From an uncultured Verrucomicrobiota bacterium (GTDB lineage: Bacteria > Verrucomicrobiota > Verrucomicrobiia > Palsa-1439), in contig CAZISE010000020.1 in the NCBI GenBank assembly GCA_964541945.1, positions 1,530-65,529 on the forward strand: a stretch of DNA of 64,000 bases, given 5' to 3'. Below the pieces are notes generated by a model. That model was not told the DNA's origin and searched no databases. It saw only the letters and a program-made list of their open reading frames with translations. Shown piece by piece: positions 38,558 to 47,251 of this stretch. Each line of letters opens with the position of its first letter. The stretch's first letter is position 1. A program made the position numbers and the translations under genes.

Positions 38558-39662
38558 CGCGCCCATAACGGTTTTCAAACGCATGGATTGGCTGCTGTTT
38601 GCGGTAATGATCGCGCTGGTAGTTGTCGGCGTTTGTTTTATCTACAGCGCGTCCTATCGCGGGCCGGGACAACCGATGCCGTCGTTTTGGCGGATGCAGT
38701 TGGTGTGGTTCGGCGTCGGGCTGGGATTGTATCTGGTGGTGATGGCGGTGGATTACCGCTTGATCTGTCAGTGGGCAACGCTGTGGTATGCGCTGGCCAT
38801 TTTGCTGCTGCTGCTCGTGCTGGTCGTTGGCGTGAAGGTGTACGGCGCGCGGCGGTGGCTGGGGGTGGGACGGCTCGGCATTCAGCCGGCGGAACTGGCG
38901 AAGCTGGCGCTGATCATCGGCCTGGCCTACTACCTGTTTCATCGGACACCCGAACAGCGGCGGCGCGCTTCGACGGTGTGGAGCGGGTTGCTGTTGATGG
39001 CGATGCCGTTTGTGTTGATTTTGGTCGAGCCGGATCTCGGTTCGGCCATGACGTTGATCCCGATCACATTCGGGATGTTGTTTGTGGCCGGTGCGCGGGG
39101 TAAACACCTTGTGCTGGCCGCGTTGTTGGGTTTGTGCCTGACGCCCGTGGCGTGGTGGCACATGAAGAAATACCAGCGCCAGCGGTTGACGGTGTTTTTG
39201 AATCCGGACCGTGACCCGCTCGGCGCGGGATGGAACTTGAACCAGTCCTTGATCGCCGTCGGAAGCGGCGGCGTAACAGGGAAAGGATTTCTGCAGGGAA
39301 CGCAGAACTCGCTGGGGTATTTGCCGCGCACGGTGGCGCCGAACGATTTTCTGTTCAGCGTGATTGCTGAGGAGAAAGGGTTTGTCGGCAGCGCCGGCGT
39401 GGTGGGGTTGTATGCCCTGCTGTTGTGGCGCGGGCTGTGGATTGCAGCCCATGCGCGCGACCGTCTCGGCATGTTGTTGGCGACGGGCATCGTGGCCATG
39501 TTGTTTTTCCATGTGTTCGTCAACATCGGCATGACCATCGGACTGATGCCGGTAACGGGAGTGCCCTTGCCGCTGCTCAGCTATGGCGGTTCGTTCGTGC
39601 TGGTCACCATGACGGCACTGGGATTGTTGCAAAACATATGGATTCACAGGAGAAACTACTGA
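38547..39662 (+). CDS. rodA: Rod shape-determining protein RodA (SEDS-family peptidoglycan glycosyltransferase).
   Basis: MPTNAPITVFKRMDWLLFAVMIALVVVGVCFIYSASY...NPDRDPLGAGWNLNQSLIAVGSGGVTGKGF. RBS ggacaggagggg. Confidence 0.9.
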   Translation: MPTNAPITVFKRMDWLLFAVMIALVVVGVCFIYSASYRGPGQPMPSFWRMQLVWFGVGLGLYLVVMAVDYRLICQWATLWYALAILLLLLVLVVGVKVYGARRWLGVGRLGIQPAELAKLALIIGLAYYLFHRTPEQRRRASTVWSGLLLMAMPFVLILVEPDLGSAMTLIPITFGMLFVAGARGKHLVLAALLGLCLTPVAWWHMKKYQRQRLTVFLNPDRDPLGAGWNLNQSLIAVGSGGVTGKGFLQGTQNSLGYLPRTVAPNDFLFSVIAEEKGFVGSAGVVGLYALLLWRGLWIAAHARDRLGMLLATGIVAMLFFHVFVNIGMTIGLMPVTGVPLPLLSYGGSFVLVTMTALGLLQNIWIHRRNY

Positions 39663-39663
39663 C

Positions 39664-41265
39664 ATGGAAGTCATCAAGAAACTGATCCAAAAAAGCGAAG
39701 AATTGTTGCTGGGCCGACGAAAACTCACCCACAAGGAAATCATCGTCAACGCCGAAGCGCTGGAAAACCGCGTGGCGTTGCTGGAACACGGCCAACTGGA
39801 GGAATTCAGCATCGAACGCACCACCGAGAAACGTATTGTGGCCAGCATCTTCAAGGGCAAAATCAAAAACCTTGAACCCGGCCTGAAAGCCGCTTTCGTG
39901 GACATCGGCTTCGAGAAAAACGCCTTCCTGCATTACTGGGACATCATCCCGGAGTCGCTGGCCGAGCGCGTGGACCTGGTGGAAACACCCGGCGAACAAA
40001 AAACGCCCCAGAAAAAAATCAGCCAAAACGACATTCCCAAACTCTATCCGCCCGGCTCCGAAGTCATCGTTCAGGTCGTCAAAGGCCCCATCGGCACCAA
40101 AGGCCCCCGCATCACCACCAACATCAGCATCCCCGGCCGCTACCTCGTGCTGATGCCATTCGACCCCTCTCGCGGCATCTCCCGCAAGATTGAAGATGAA
40201 AAAGAGCGTCAACGCCTCAAAAGCATCGTTCGCGACCTGAAACTACCCGAAGGGATGGGCGTCATTGTCCGCACCGTCGGCGAAGGACAAAAGAAACGCT
40301 ACTTCATCCGCGACCTTGAACTGCTCCTCCAAACTTGGAAACAGGTCGAGGAAAAAATCAAAAAAGAACCGGCCCCGTGCTGCGTTTTCCAGGAACCCGA
40401 CCTCATCGAGCGCACCGTTCGCGATTTCCTCACCGAGGAAATTGACCGTATCGTCGTGGACAACGAGGACGCCTATGAACGCATCCGCAACATGATCGGA
40501 CAAATCAGCCGCCGCTCCCGCGGCAAGGTCCGCCTCTACACCGAGCCGACGCCGATCTTCACCAAGTTCAACGTCGAACGACAGATCGAAAACGCCTTCC
40601 GACGCCAGGTCTGGCTCAAAAGCGGCGGCTACATCTGCATTGATGAAACCGAAGCGCTGGTGGCCATTGACGTCAATACTGGCCGCCACAAGAGCCAGAA
40701 AGACCTCGATACCACCATCCTTCAGACCAACCTGGAGGCCGCCGAGGAAATCTGCCGCCAGTTGCGCCTGCGCAACATCGGCGGCCTCATCGTCGTGGAC
40801 TTCATTGACATGCGCCACCGCCGCGACCAGCAACAGGTCCTCCAAAAAATGCGCGAGGGCGTCAAACGCGACAAGGCCAAAACCCGCATCCTGCCCATCT
40901 CACAACTCGGCCTGCTCGAAATGACCCGCCAACGCCATAGCGAAAGCATGGCCAGCGCCGTCTATGAAGACTGCCCCTACTGCAAGGGCAAAGGCATGGT
41001 CAAGAGCGCCCTCTCGATGTCCGTCGAAATCCAGCGTAAAATCAGCGAGGTCCTGCGACGGCTCCGCGAAAAAGGGCACCACGAGCAACCGCACATCCGC
41101 ATCTTCGTTCATCCCGAAGTCCTCAATCGCCTCCGCACCGAGGATGAGGCGCTGCTCATCGAACTGGAAAAGAAACTCAACGGCAAACTCAGCTTCCGCG
41201 CCGATCCTTCCTTCCACTTCGAACAATTCAAGATCACCGATGCCGTAACCGGTCAGGAATTGTAA
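39664..41265 (+). CDS. rng: Ribonuclease G/E family endoribonuclease (Rng/CafA-like).
   Basis: S1 domain IVASIFKGKIKNLEPGLKAAFVDIGFEKNAFLH, catalytic domain ...ALVAIDVNTGRH... and the Zn-link CPYCKGKG. Located after rodA as in many mre clusters. Confidence 0.85.
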   Translation: MEVIKKLIQKSEELLLGRRKLTHKEIIVNAEALENRVALLEHGQLEEFSIERTTEKRIVASIFKGKIKNLEPGLKAAFVDIGFEKNAFLHYWDIIPESLAERVDLVETPGEQKTPQKKISQNDIPKLYPPGSEVIVQVVKGPIGTKGPRITTNISIPGRYLVLMPFDPSRGISRKIEDEKERQRLKSIVRDLKLPEGMGVIVRTVGEGQKKRYFIRDLELLLQTWKQVEEKIKKEPAPCCVFQEPDLIERTVRDFLTEEIDRIVVDNEDAYERIRNMIGQISRRSRGKVRLYTEPTPIFTKFNVERQIENAFRRQVWLKSGGYICIDETEALVAIDVNTGRHKSQKDLDTTILQTNLEAAEEICRQLRLRNIGGLIVVDFIDMRHRRDQQQVLQKMREGVKRDKAKTRILPISQLGLLEMTRQRHSESMASAVYEDCPYCKGKGMVKSALSMSVEIQRKISEVLRRLREKGHHEQPHIRIFVHPEVLNRLRTEDEALLIELEKKLNGKLSFRADPSFHFEQFKITDAVTGQEL

Positions 41266-41295
41266 CACGACACTCCAGCGGTCTGACCAAGTTCG

Positions 41296-41325
41296 CGTGG
41301 CATGTTGCCGCGGCAACATGCCACG
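41296..41325. terminator. Perfect 30-bp palindrome cgtggcatgttgccg|cggcaacatgccacg between convergent genes (rng on + and the DMT transporter on -); candidate bidirectional terminator hairpin.
   Basis: Seen directly. The 15-bp arms are exact reverse complements, followed by gcacggagcgggtttt. Confidence 0.45.
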
Positions 41326-41440
41326 CACGGAGCGGGTTTTCATGCACGGCGCAATCCATTGGCACCGACACGGAAACACCGCGACTCGCGTTTGCGCCTG
41401 GGCTTCTTACGCCACCGGTGTGCGCGCGGACCGCGGCTTA

Positions 41441-42364
41441 TTACGCCGACGATCCCATCACGACGGTTTTCTCCTTTGCCATCAGCGTGAGGAAGGCTCC
41501 GCCAATCAAAATGCCGCCAGAAATCAGTTGCCCGACGCCCATTTGCTCGCCAAACAACCAGCGCGAGATCAGCAGCGTCCCCAGCGGAGTCGTCAGCAAC
41601 ATCGTGGCGCAAACCGACACCGTCAATCGCCGCATTGCATAGTAATACAACGTGTGCCCGACACCGATGCAGAACGCGCCCGACGCGATCATGATGGCAT
41701 TCACATGCCACGGCATCCGCCACCACAACCCAAGATGACCAAAACATAACGCGACCACAAACAACACCACCGTCGTGTAAATGCCCACCACGGCAAACGA
41801 CCTTGTGGAGCCGATCTCTTCGGTGGGGCGTTTCACCACGACACTGTACGTGGACCAGGAGAGCGCCGCGAGCAACGCGAGCGCCACGCCCGCGTTGACC
41901 TCCATTCGCCCCAAATCCCCCCGCCACAACGCCAACCCCAACGTGCCGCCAATGGTCAGCGTCAGCCCCACCAAGAAACGTTTTGATCGCAATAACCAGC
42001 GTTCATCCCGATAAAACACAAAGGCAAGCAACGCGGAGAAAAAGACGCTGGACTTGTTCAGGAACGACGCCAGACCGGGATGAATCCAGTTCAAGGCCAC
42101 CGTCCAGGAAATCTGATGTCCCAGGTTCGGAAGAGTCGCCGCCAGCAGGACCAGCAGCAGTCGCCGATCCAAAACCGCGACCGGTCCGCGCCCACGCCGC
42201 GCAAGAAACGGCAACACCACCAGCGTGCCGCTGGCGTATCGGTAGAAATTCTGCGTGTGCGAATCGTATCCTTCCCGAATCAGGTATTTCACGAACACAC
42301 TCGACAGACTCCACGCCACCAACACCACCGACAATGCGAGGATCCCTTTTTGTCGTTCCGTCAC
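41441..42364 (-). CDS. DMT-superfamily (EamA-like) transporter.
   Basis: Ten predicted TM helices and two EamA-like halves. Confidence 0.8.
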   Translation of the reverse strand: MTERQKGILALSVVLVAWSLSSVFVKYLIREGYDSHTQNFYRYASGTLVVLPFLARRGRGPVAVLDRRLLLVLLAATLPNLGHQISWTVALNWIHPGLASFLNKSSVFFSALLAFVFYRDERWLLRSKRFLVGLTLTIGGTLGLALWRGDLGRMEVNAGVALALLAALSWSTYSVVVKRPTEEIGSTRSFAVVGIYTTVVLFVVALCFGHLGLWWRMPWHVNAIMIASGAFCIGVGHTLYYYAMRRLTVSVCATMLLTTPLGTLLISRWLFGEQMGVGQLISGGILIGGAFLTLMAKEKTVVMGSSA

Positions 42365-42407
42365 AATGAGCGCGCATCCTAGGCGAATCCTGTGCTAGAA
42401 TCAAACC

Positions 42408-42983
42408 ATGCTCGCGCCCCACCTGCTGCTCAACGCCTATAGCCAGGGCATCTTTCCCATGGCAGTCGCCCCCGACGGCGAGATTGCCTGGTTCTCACCC
42501 GACCCTCGCGCCGTCATCCCTCTGGATCACCGCTTTCACATCCCCCACGGTCTTCGTCGCGTCCTGAAGAAAGGCCGTTTCACCATCACGTTTGACCACG
42601 ACTTCGAAACCGTCATGCGCGAGTGCGCCGCTCGTCGGGAAGGAACGTGGATTTCCGAAGAAATCATCCAAAGCTATTGCCTGCTCCACCGCCTCGGCTT
42701 CGCCCACAGCGTCGAGACCCGCCTCCACGACAAACTCGTCGGCGGCCTCTACGGCGTCCACATCGGCGGCGCGTTTTTCGGCGAAAGCATGTTTCACCGG
42801 GTCACGGATGCCTCCAAGGTGGCGTTGGTGTCGCTGGTCGAGCGATTACGCCACCAAAAGTTTGTACTGCTGGACACTCAGTGGCAGACATCCCACCTGG
42901 CACAGTTCGGCACCGAAGAAATTCCGCGCCACGAATACCTGCGACGCTTGCGACACGCCATTTCCCTCCCCTGCTTCTTCTAG
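42408..42983 (+). CDS. aat: Leucyl/phenylalanyl-tRNA--protein transferase.
   Basis: MLAPHLLLNAYSQGIFPMA...AWFSPDPRAVIPLDHFHIP..RL...FDHDFETVMRECA...WI..E.I..Y..LH.LG.AHSVE...KLVGGLYGV.IG..FFGESMF. Confidence 0.9.
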   Translation: MLAPHLLLNAYSQGIFPMAVAPDGEIAWFSPDPRAVIPLDHRFHIPHGLRRVLKKGRFTITFDHDFETVMRECAARREGTWISEEIIQSYCLLHRLGFAHSVETRLHDKLVGGLYGVHIGGAFFGESMFHRVTDASKVALVSLVERLRHQKFVLLDTQWQTSHLAQFGTEEIPRHEYLRRLRHAISLPCFF

Positions 42984-43720
42984 CGATACTGCAGCAACCA
43001 GATTGTCTCCAACGTCGCGCCAAAGTTCAACAGAGCGTGCAAAAAAATACACAAACTGACCGCCCCGGTCCACAGCCGAACCGCGCCCAACACCAAACCA
43101 CCCACCAAAATATAGAGCATTCCCAACCAGTCATATTGCAGATGAATCACGGCCCACAAGACGGACGTCAGCGCGATGGCCCCCACCCCACCCACACGAC
43201 TGTGCTGCAAGCCGGTAAACAAGAACCCGCGAAAGAAAATCTCCTCAAACAACGGCGCCGCCAACACCAACGCCACCCAGAACAATGGTTTGTTGCCCGC
43301 CGTCCGATACGCCTCCACCATTACCTCCGGCACAATCGGACGCCCCAACCACACCGATACCGAATCGCATCCCACCAGATACACGGCCAGCGCCAACAAC
43401 GACACGACGACCTGGCGCCCTGACGGCAATTTCAACGCCAGATACTCCCCAACCCGCATCGGTTTGCGCAAACTCGCCAACCACACCGTCAATCCACCGG
43501 CCAGCGGCGTCGCCGTCAAGGTGGCCAGATACAAGACCGACCCGTTGCTCTCCGACTCCTTGAGGTTTTGCAACGGCACCTGGTTCGCCACGGCAAACGC
43601 GATGGTGACCATGGTTTGCACCATCACAAACACACCAAAAATCGCCGCGCTCAAACCGACGCTCGCCCAAAACCCCCACGGGTTTGGCCGCAGTAGCGGC
43701 GGCACCCCGTCCCCTCTCAT
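42980..43720 (-). CDS. CPBP-family intramembrane glutamic endopeptidase (CAAX protease-like).
   Basis: AAPLFEEIFFRGFLFTGL (EExxxR), AVIHLQYDW and FLHALLNF (FxxxH). RBS aaggaagg upstream of the ATG at 43720. The track start at 43828 is probably too long. Confidence 0.8.
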   Translation of the reverse strand: MRGDGVPPLLRPNPWGFWASVGLSAAIFGVFVMVQTMVTIAFAVANQVPLQNLKESESNGSVLYLATLTATPLAGGLTVWLASLRKPMRVGEYLALKLPSGRQVVVSLLALAVYLVGCDSVSVWLGRPIVPEVMVEAYRTAGNKPLFWVALVLAAPLFEEIFFRGFLFTGLQHSRVGGVGAIALTSVLWAVIHLQYDWLGMLYILVGGLVLGAVRLWTGAVSLCIFLHALLNFGATLETIWLLQYR

Positions 43721-45216
43721 TTCTTTGCACCCTTCCTTTTCGGTTCCTTGTGCAACACCACTGTCACATCGTTTGTCTGTGGCGCGCCGGGAGTGCTCCG
43801 TCCGTTGGCAACATATTGCTCCAAGCATTTGGTCAATCGTTCGACGATTTCCGGGTGTTCCTGGTACACGTTGGTTTGTTCTCCGACATCCGTCTCCATG
43901 TCGTACAATTGCACCGGCGGTAATCCCTGCGCTTCTTTGCTACCGGGACGCGGCGCGCTCCAGCCGCCGGAATCGGCGCAGAGTTCGAGTTTCCAGCGGC
44001 CTTCGCGGATGGCGAATGACCCGTTGATGGAATGATGCACCACCACGCGCGGATAGGTCTCCCCGCGCAACGCCGGCAGGAAACTGACACTGTCTTCGCC
44101 GGCGTTCTCGGGCAATCGAACGCCCAGAATCTCGGCGCAGGTGGCCATCAGATCGGTCAAACAGATGGGTTGGTGGCTGGTCGAGGCGGGTTTGACTTTG
44201 CCGGGCCAACGCACCACAAACGGAATGCGATGGCCCCCATCAAAGATGTCGGCCTTGTAACCGCGACGGTCGGCGCTGGCAAAATGTCCCGATGCCTCAA
44301 GATGTTTGATGTTGGCCGCGGGCGAGCAACCGTTGTCGCTGGTGAAAATCAACAGGGTATCGTTAACAATGCCTTTTTCCTCCAGCGCCTTCGCGACCTC
44401 ACCCACCGCCCAGTCGGTTTCCATGACAAAATCACCATAATCACCAAGACCACTTTTGCCCTGCCATTCTTTCGTCGGCACAATCGGCGCGTGCGGCGAG
44501 TTCAACGACAGATACAGAAAAAACGGCGAACGAGTTTTGCCGATGAACTCGACAGCCTTGCGGGTCAGCGTCGGCAAAACGTCCACCGCCTCGAATCCGG
44601 GCGCCGCCGGCCCGGAGCGCCCCCATTTCTTTGTGGCTGTTGGCGGCTCCGTAAACCGGTCGTTCTCAATAAACGCAAACGGCGGCATGTCCAGCGATCC
44701 GCTGATACCGAAAAAGTAGTCAAACCCGCGCGTCGTCGGTCCGTCGGCAATTCGTTGTTGCGCATCCAACTGCGCGGCGCTGCCGCTCTCGATTTGATCG
44801 CTGAACGCAGTTCCCTTGCGGCCCGGCATCGTCATACCGAGATGCCATTTGCCAATGCAGGCGGTGACGTAGCCGTGTTGCCGGAGCAATGACGGCACCG
44901 TCAGCCGATCGGCGGCAATCAACGCGGGGCTGAATCCGCCCAGCACACCCGACTGAAGCCGCGTCCGCCAGTTGTAACGGCCCGTGAGAATGCCGTAGCG
45001 GGTCGGTGTGCAGACGGCGGAACTGGCGTGCGCAGTGGTAAACGACATACCTTCCGCCACGAGACGGTCCATGTGAGGAGTCGGAATCTTGCCCCGCTGG
45101 GGATTCAACGCCTGTACGTCTCCGTAACCGAGGTCGTCACAGAGAATATAGACAATGTTCGGTTTGTCCGCCGCAAGAGCCGCGGACGCCAACATCATCA
45201 GCAGGATCTGTTTCAT
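43717..45216 (-). CDS. Sulfatase (formylglycine-dependent).
   Basis: MKQILLMMLASAALAADKPNIVYILCDDLGYGDV...SAVCTPTRYGILTGRY...GKWHLG. Start at 45216 (the track start is 133 codons too long). Confidence 0.9.
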   Translation of the reverse strand: MKQILLMMLASAALAADKPNIVYILCDDLGYGDVQALNPQRGKIPTPHMDRLVAEGMSFTTAHASSAVCTPTRYGILTGRYNWRTRLQSGVLGGFSPALIAADRLTVPSLLRQHGYVTACIGKWHLGMTMPGRKGTAFSDQIESGSAAQLDAQQRIADGPTTRGFDYFFGISGSLDMPPFAFIENDRFTEPPTATKKWGRSGPAAPGFEAVDVLPTLTRKAVEFIGKTRSPFFLYLSLNSPHAPIVPTKEWQGKSGLGDYGDFVMETDWAVGEVAKALEEKGIVNDTLLIFTSDNGCSPAANIKHLEASGHFASADRRGYKADIFDGGHRIPFVVRWPGKVKPASTSHQPICLTDLMATCAEILGVRLPENAGEDSVSFLPALRGETYPRVVVHHSINGSFAIREGRWKLELCADSGGWSAPRPGSKEAQGLPPVQLYDMETDVGEQTNVYQEHPEIVERLTKCLEQYVANGRSTPGAPQTNDVTVVLHKEPKRKGAKK

Positions 45217-46529
45217 GGTAGTCGTCCTGTCTTTGCCGCTTCCGCGGCAATTTTCCCGGCGGCTTCGCCCATGGCGACGGCGTTGCCAGTGACGCGATAG
45301 CTGGCGTGCGCGATGAAATCGCCGCTGATGCAACGGCCCGCCATCAAAAGACCGTCCACGTCTTTCGCGATCAACGCCCGCAACGGGATGTCGTACGGCT
45401 TCGCCTTGAACCCGCCGTGTGAGATGGTTTCTGTCCGGTTTTTCTCCGGGGTCGGGGCGTGAATGTCCACGTTGAACGTGACCCGACAGACGGCATCGGG
45501 ATGACGAGTGCCGTTGATCAGATCGTCGCGGGTCACCGTGTATCGCCCGTGAATCCGTCGTCCGTCGCGCACCCCGATCTGCTCGGCGCTGGCCACGACC
45601 TGCATTCCTTCCCACGGACCGCCAAGTGCCCGCAGGGCGCGCACCACACGGTGAATCTCCGCCCGCGCTCGCAACGTCGCTGCCGTCACCTGCCGCGCGT
45701 CGAACGGTCGGACACCGTACTCGTGGTTGATCATTACCAGCACGAGATTGTCGCGCACATGGAACAACGTCGGATGCCCGTAGGAGGTCGTCACGCCCGC
45801 CCGTTGGAGTTCGCGCTGAAACGCCTCGACCGCCGGCAGATGGCGATTGTCGTCCTGGTAAAACGACAGGTATTCACCCAGCGCCGCAGCGTCCCGGACC
45901 ACCGCCAGCGCGTTGAGCGTCATCGGTTGGCACTCGCCGTCCGGGCCGCGCCCGAAATCCCAACCACACCCGGCCAGCGCGCCAAGATCGCCGTCGCCGG
46001 TGCAGTCAATGAACATCCTTGCCCGCCACGCTTCACGGCCCGACTTGGATTCGGTGACAATGGTTGTCAACCGGTCTACCTCGCGGTAAGCGGCCACCAC
46101 GGGCGTCAGCAACTGCGTTTTTACGCCTGTTTCCTCGCACATTTCTTCCAGCAAAAGTTTCATCGCTTCCGGCTCGTACACAAAACGGCTCGGATTCTTC
46201 TGGCGTCGCGCGTGACGCGCATCGAGCCGCTTTTTCAGTTCCGCGGGAAGCCCCGGCTTGTCAAAATCGAAGATGTAGGTCAACAGCCCGGCCGTCCAGA
46301 CCCCGCCCAGACAGCCGCGCCATTCAAAGAGTCGTGTCCGGGCGCCGGCGCGCGCTGCGCTAATGGCGGCGGCAACACCCGCCGGGCCGCCGCCGCAGAC
46401 GATCACATCCGCGTCGTCGCGCAACGGCAACGGGCGTTGGGGCGGGGCCGCGGCACACGGCGTCCGTGTCGTCGCGGCGGCAACGCCCGCTGCCAGTCGT
46501 CCGAGAAAGGCGCGTCGGGTTGTCGTCAT
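45213..46529 (-). CDS. Tat-exported FAD-dependent oxidoreductase (FAD_oxidored/PF12831-like).
   Basis: Twin-arginine MTTTRRAFLGRLAAGVAAA. DVIVCGGGPAGVAAAISAARAGARTRL (GxGxxG). 4-bp overlaps with both neighbours. Confidence 0.8.
   Translation of the reverse strand: MTTTRRAFLGRLAAGVAAATTRTPCAAAPPQRPLPLRDDADVIVCGGGPAGVAAAISAARAGARTRLFEWRGCLGGVWTAGLLTYIFDFDKPGLPAELKKRLDARHARRQKNPSRFVYEPEAMKLLLEEMCEETGVKTQLLTPVVAAYREVDRLTTIVTESKSGREAWRARMFIDCTGDGDLGALAGCGWDFGRGPDGECQPMTLNALAVVRDAAALGEYLSFYQDDNRHLPAVEAFQRELQRAGVTTSYGHPTLFHVRDNLVLVMINHEYGVRPFDARQVTAATLRARAEIHRVVRALRALGGPWEGMQVVASAEQIGVRDGRRIHGRYTVTRDDLINGTRHPDAVCRVTFNVDIHAPTPEKNRTETISHGGFKAKPYDIPLRALIAKDVDGLLMAGRCISGDFIAHASYRVTGNAVAMGEAAGKIAAEAAKTGRLP
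45251..45415. repeat. About 165-bp tract roughly 95% identical to 47291..47455, covering the 3' ends of the two FAD-oxidoreductase paralogs (probable gene-conversion tract).
   Basis: Aligned by eye: about 8 mismatches in about 165 bp, whereas the rest of the two genes is clearly more diverged. Confidence 0.8.
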
Positions 46530-47251
46530 GGTTTGGCGTACTCCGAAGGGGTCATGAACACACAGTTTTTGGACCGAAGAAACTCCACGATCTGGATGAA
46601 CCCGTTCCAGCGCTCGGCACTATGCCAGTTGGGCGGATGACCTTGCAAAACGAGGAATTTCTCTTTTGCAGCGACGCGTTCATAGGTTGTTTTAAACTTC
46701 TCGAAGTCGGGCACGAACGTTGGGTTTTCCAACGCCATCACACGCGGCAGGGAAATTTTCTTGTAGTATTTGGGCTGGCGCGGTCCGTAGAGCCAGATTT
46801 GGATTTCGGGTACGGCATCGAGCGCCTGCTCGGTTGCCTCGGTCGTCGCGCTCCAGTGCGGGCCAAAGGCGGACAATGTAAAACCGAGTTTCTCTTTCGC
46901 CAGGCGTTCGCAACGCTCCAGGATGGCTTTTTGTTCCTCAAACGAGCCTTGCTCGAACTCGCCGTTTTTGTCGTCCTTGGTTCGCTCACGATAGCCGTGG
47001 AGCCAGAACTCGATGTGCCCCTTCTTGTTCATCTTCCTGATCCAGTCAAAGTAGGACGGGTTGTTTGATTCAAGCGACGAACCGATAATGCCGAACGACG
47101 CTTTCAAGCGGTTGGTCTCGATGTAATCGGCCACGCGCTGCCAGTTGGGGTGAAGCGGCTGTCGCACGTCGTCCAGCTTCAGAATCACCACTGGCGGCTC
47201 GGCACGAACCGTTACCGTCAGCCACAGGATGGTAGCCAGCCATCGTTTCAT
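46526..47251 (-). CDS. Secreted polysaccharide-deacetylase-like (NodB/CE4-like) protein.
   Basis: Signal peptide MKRWLATILWLTVTVRAEP. VVILKLDDV (TFDDG-like) and WLHGYRE (H-x-x-H-like). Assignment is tentative. Confidence 0.5.
   Translation of the reverse strand: MKRWLATILWLTVTVRAEPPVVILKLDDVRQPLHPNWQRVADYIETNRLKASFGIIGSSLESNNPSYFDWIRKMNKKGHIEFWLHGYRERTKDDKNGEFEQGSFEEQKAILERCERLAKEKLGFTLSAFGPHWSATTEATEQALDAVPEIQIWLYGPRQPKYYKKISLPRVMALENPTFVPDFEKFKTTYERVAAKEKFLVLQGHPPNWHSAERWNGFIQIVEFLRSKNCVFMTPSEYAKP

Noticed and set aside
38391-39905. 504-aa minus-strand ORF
   Set aside because: Antisense to rodA and the start of rng. Its translation is Arg/His/Gln-rich low-complexity sequence.
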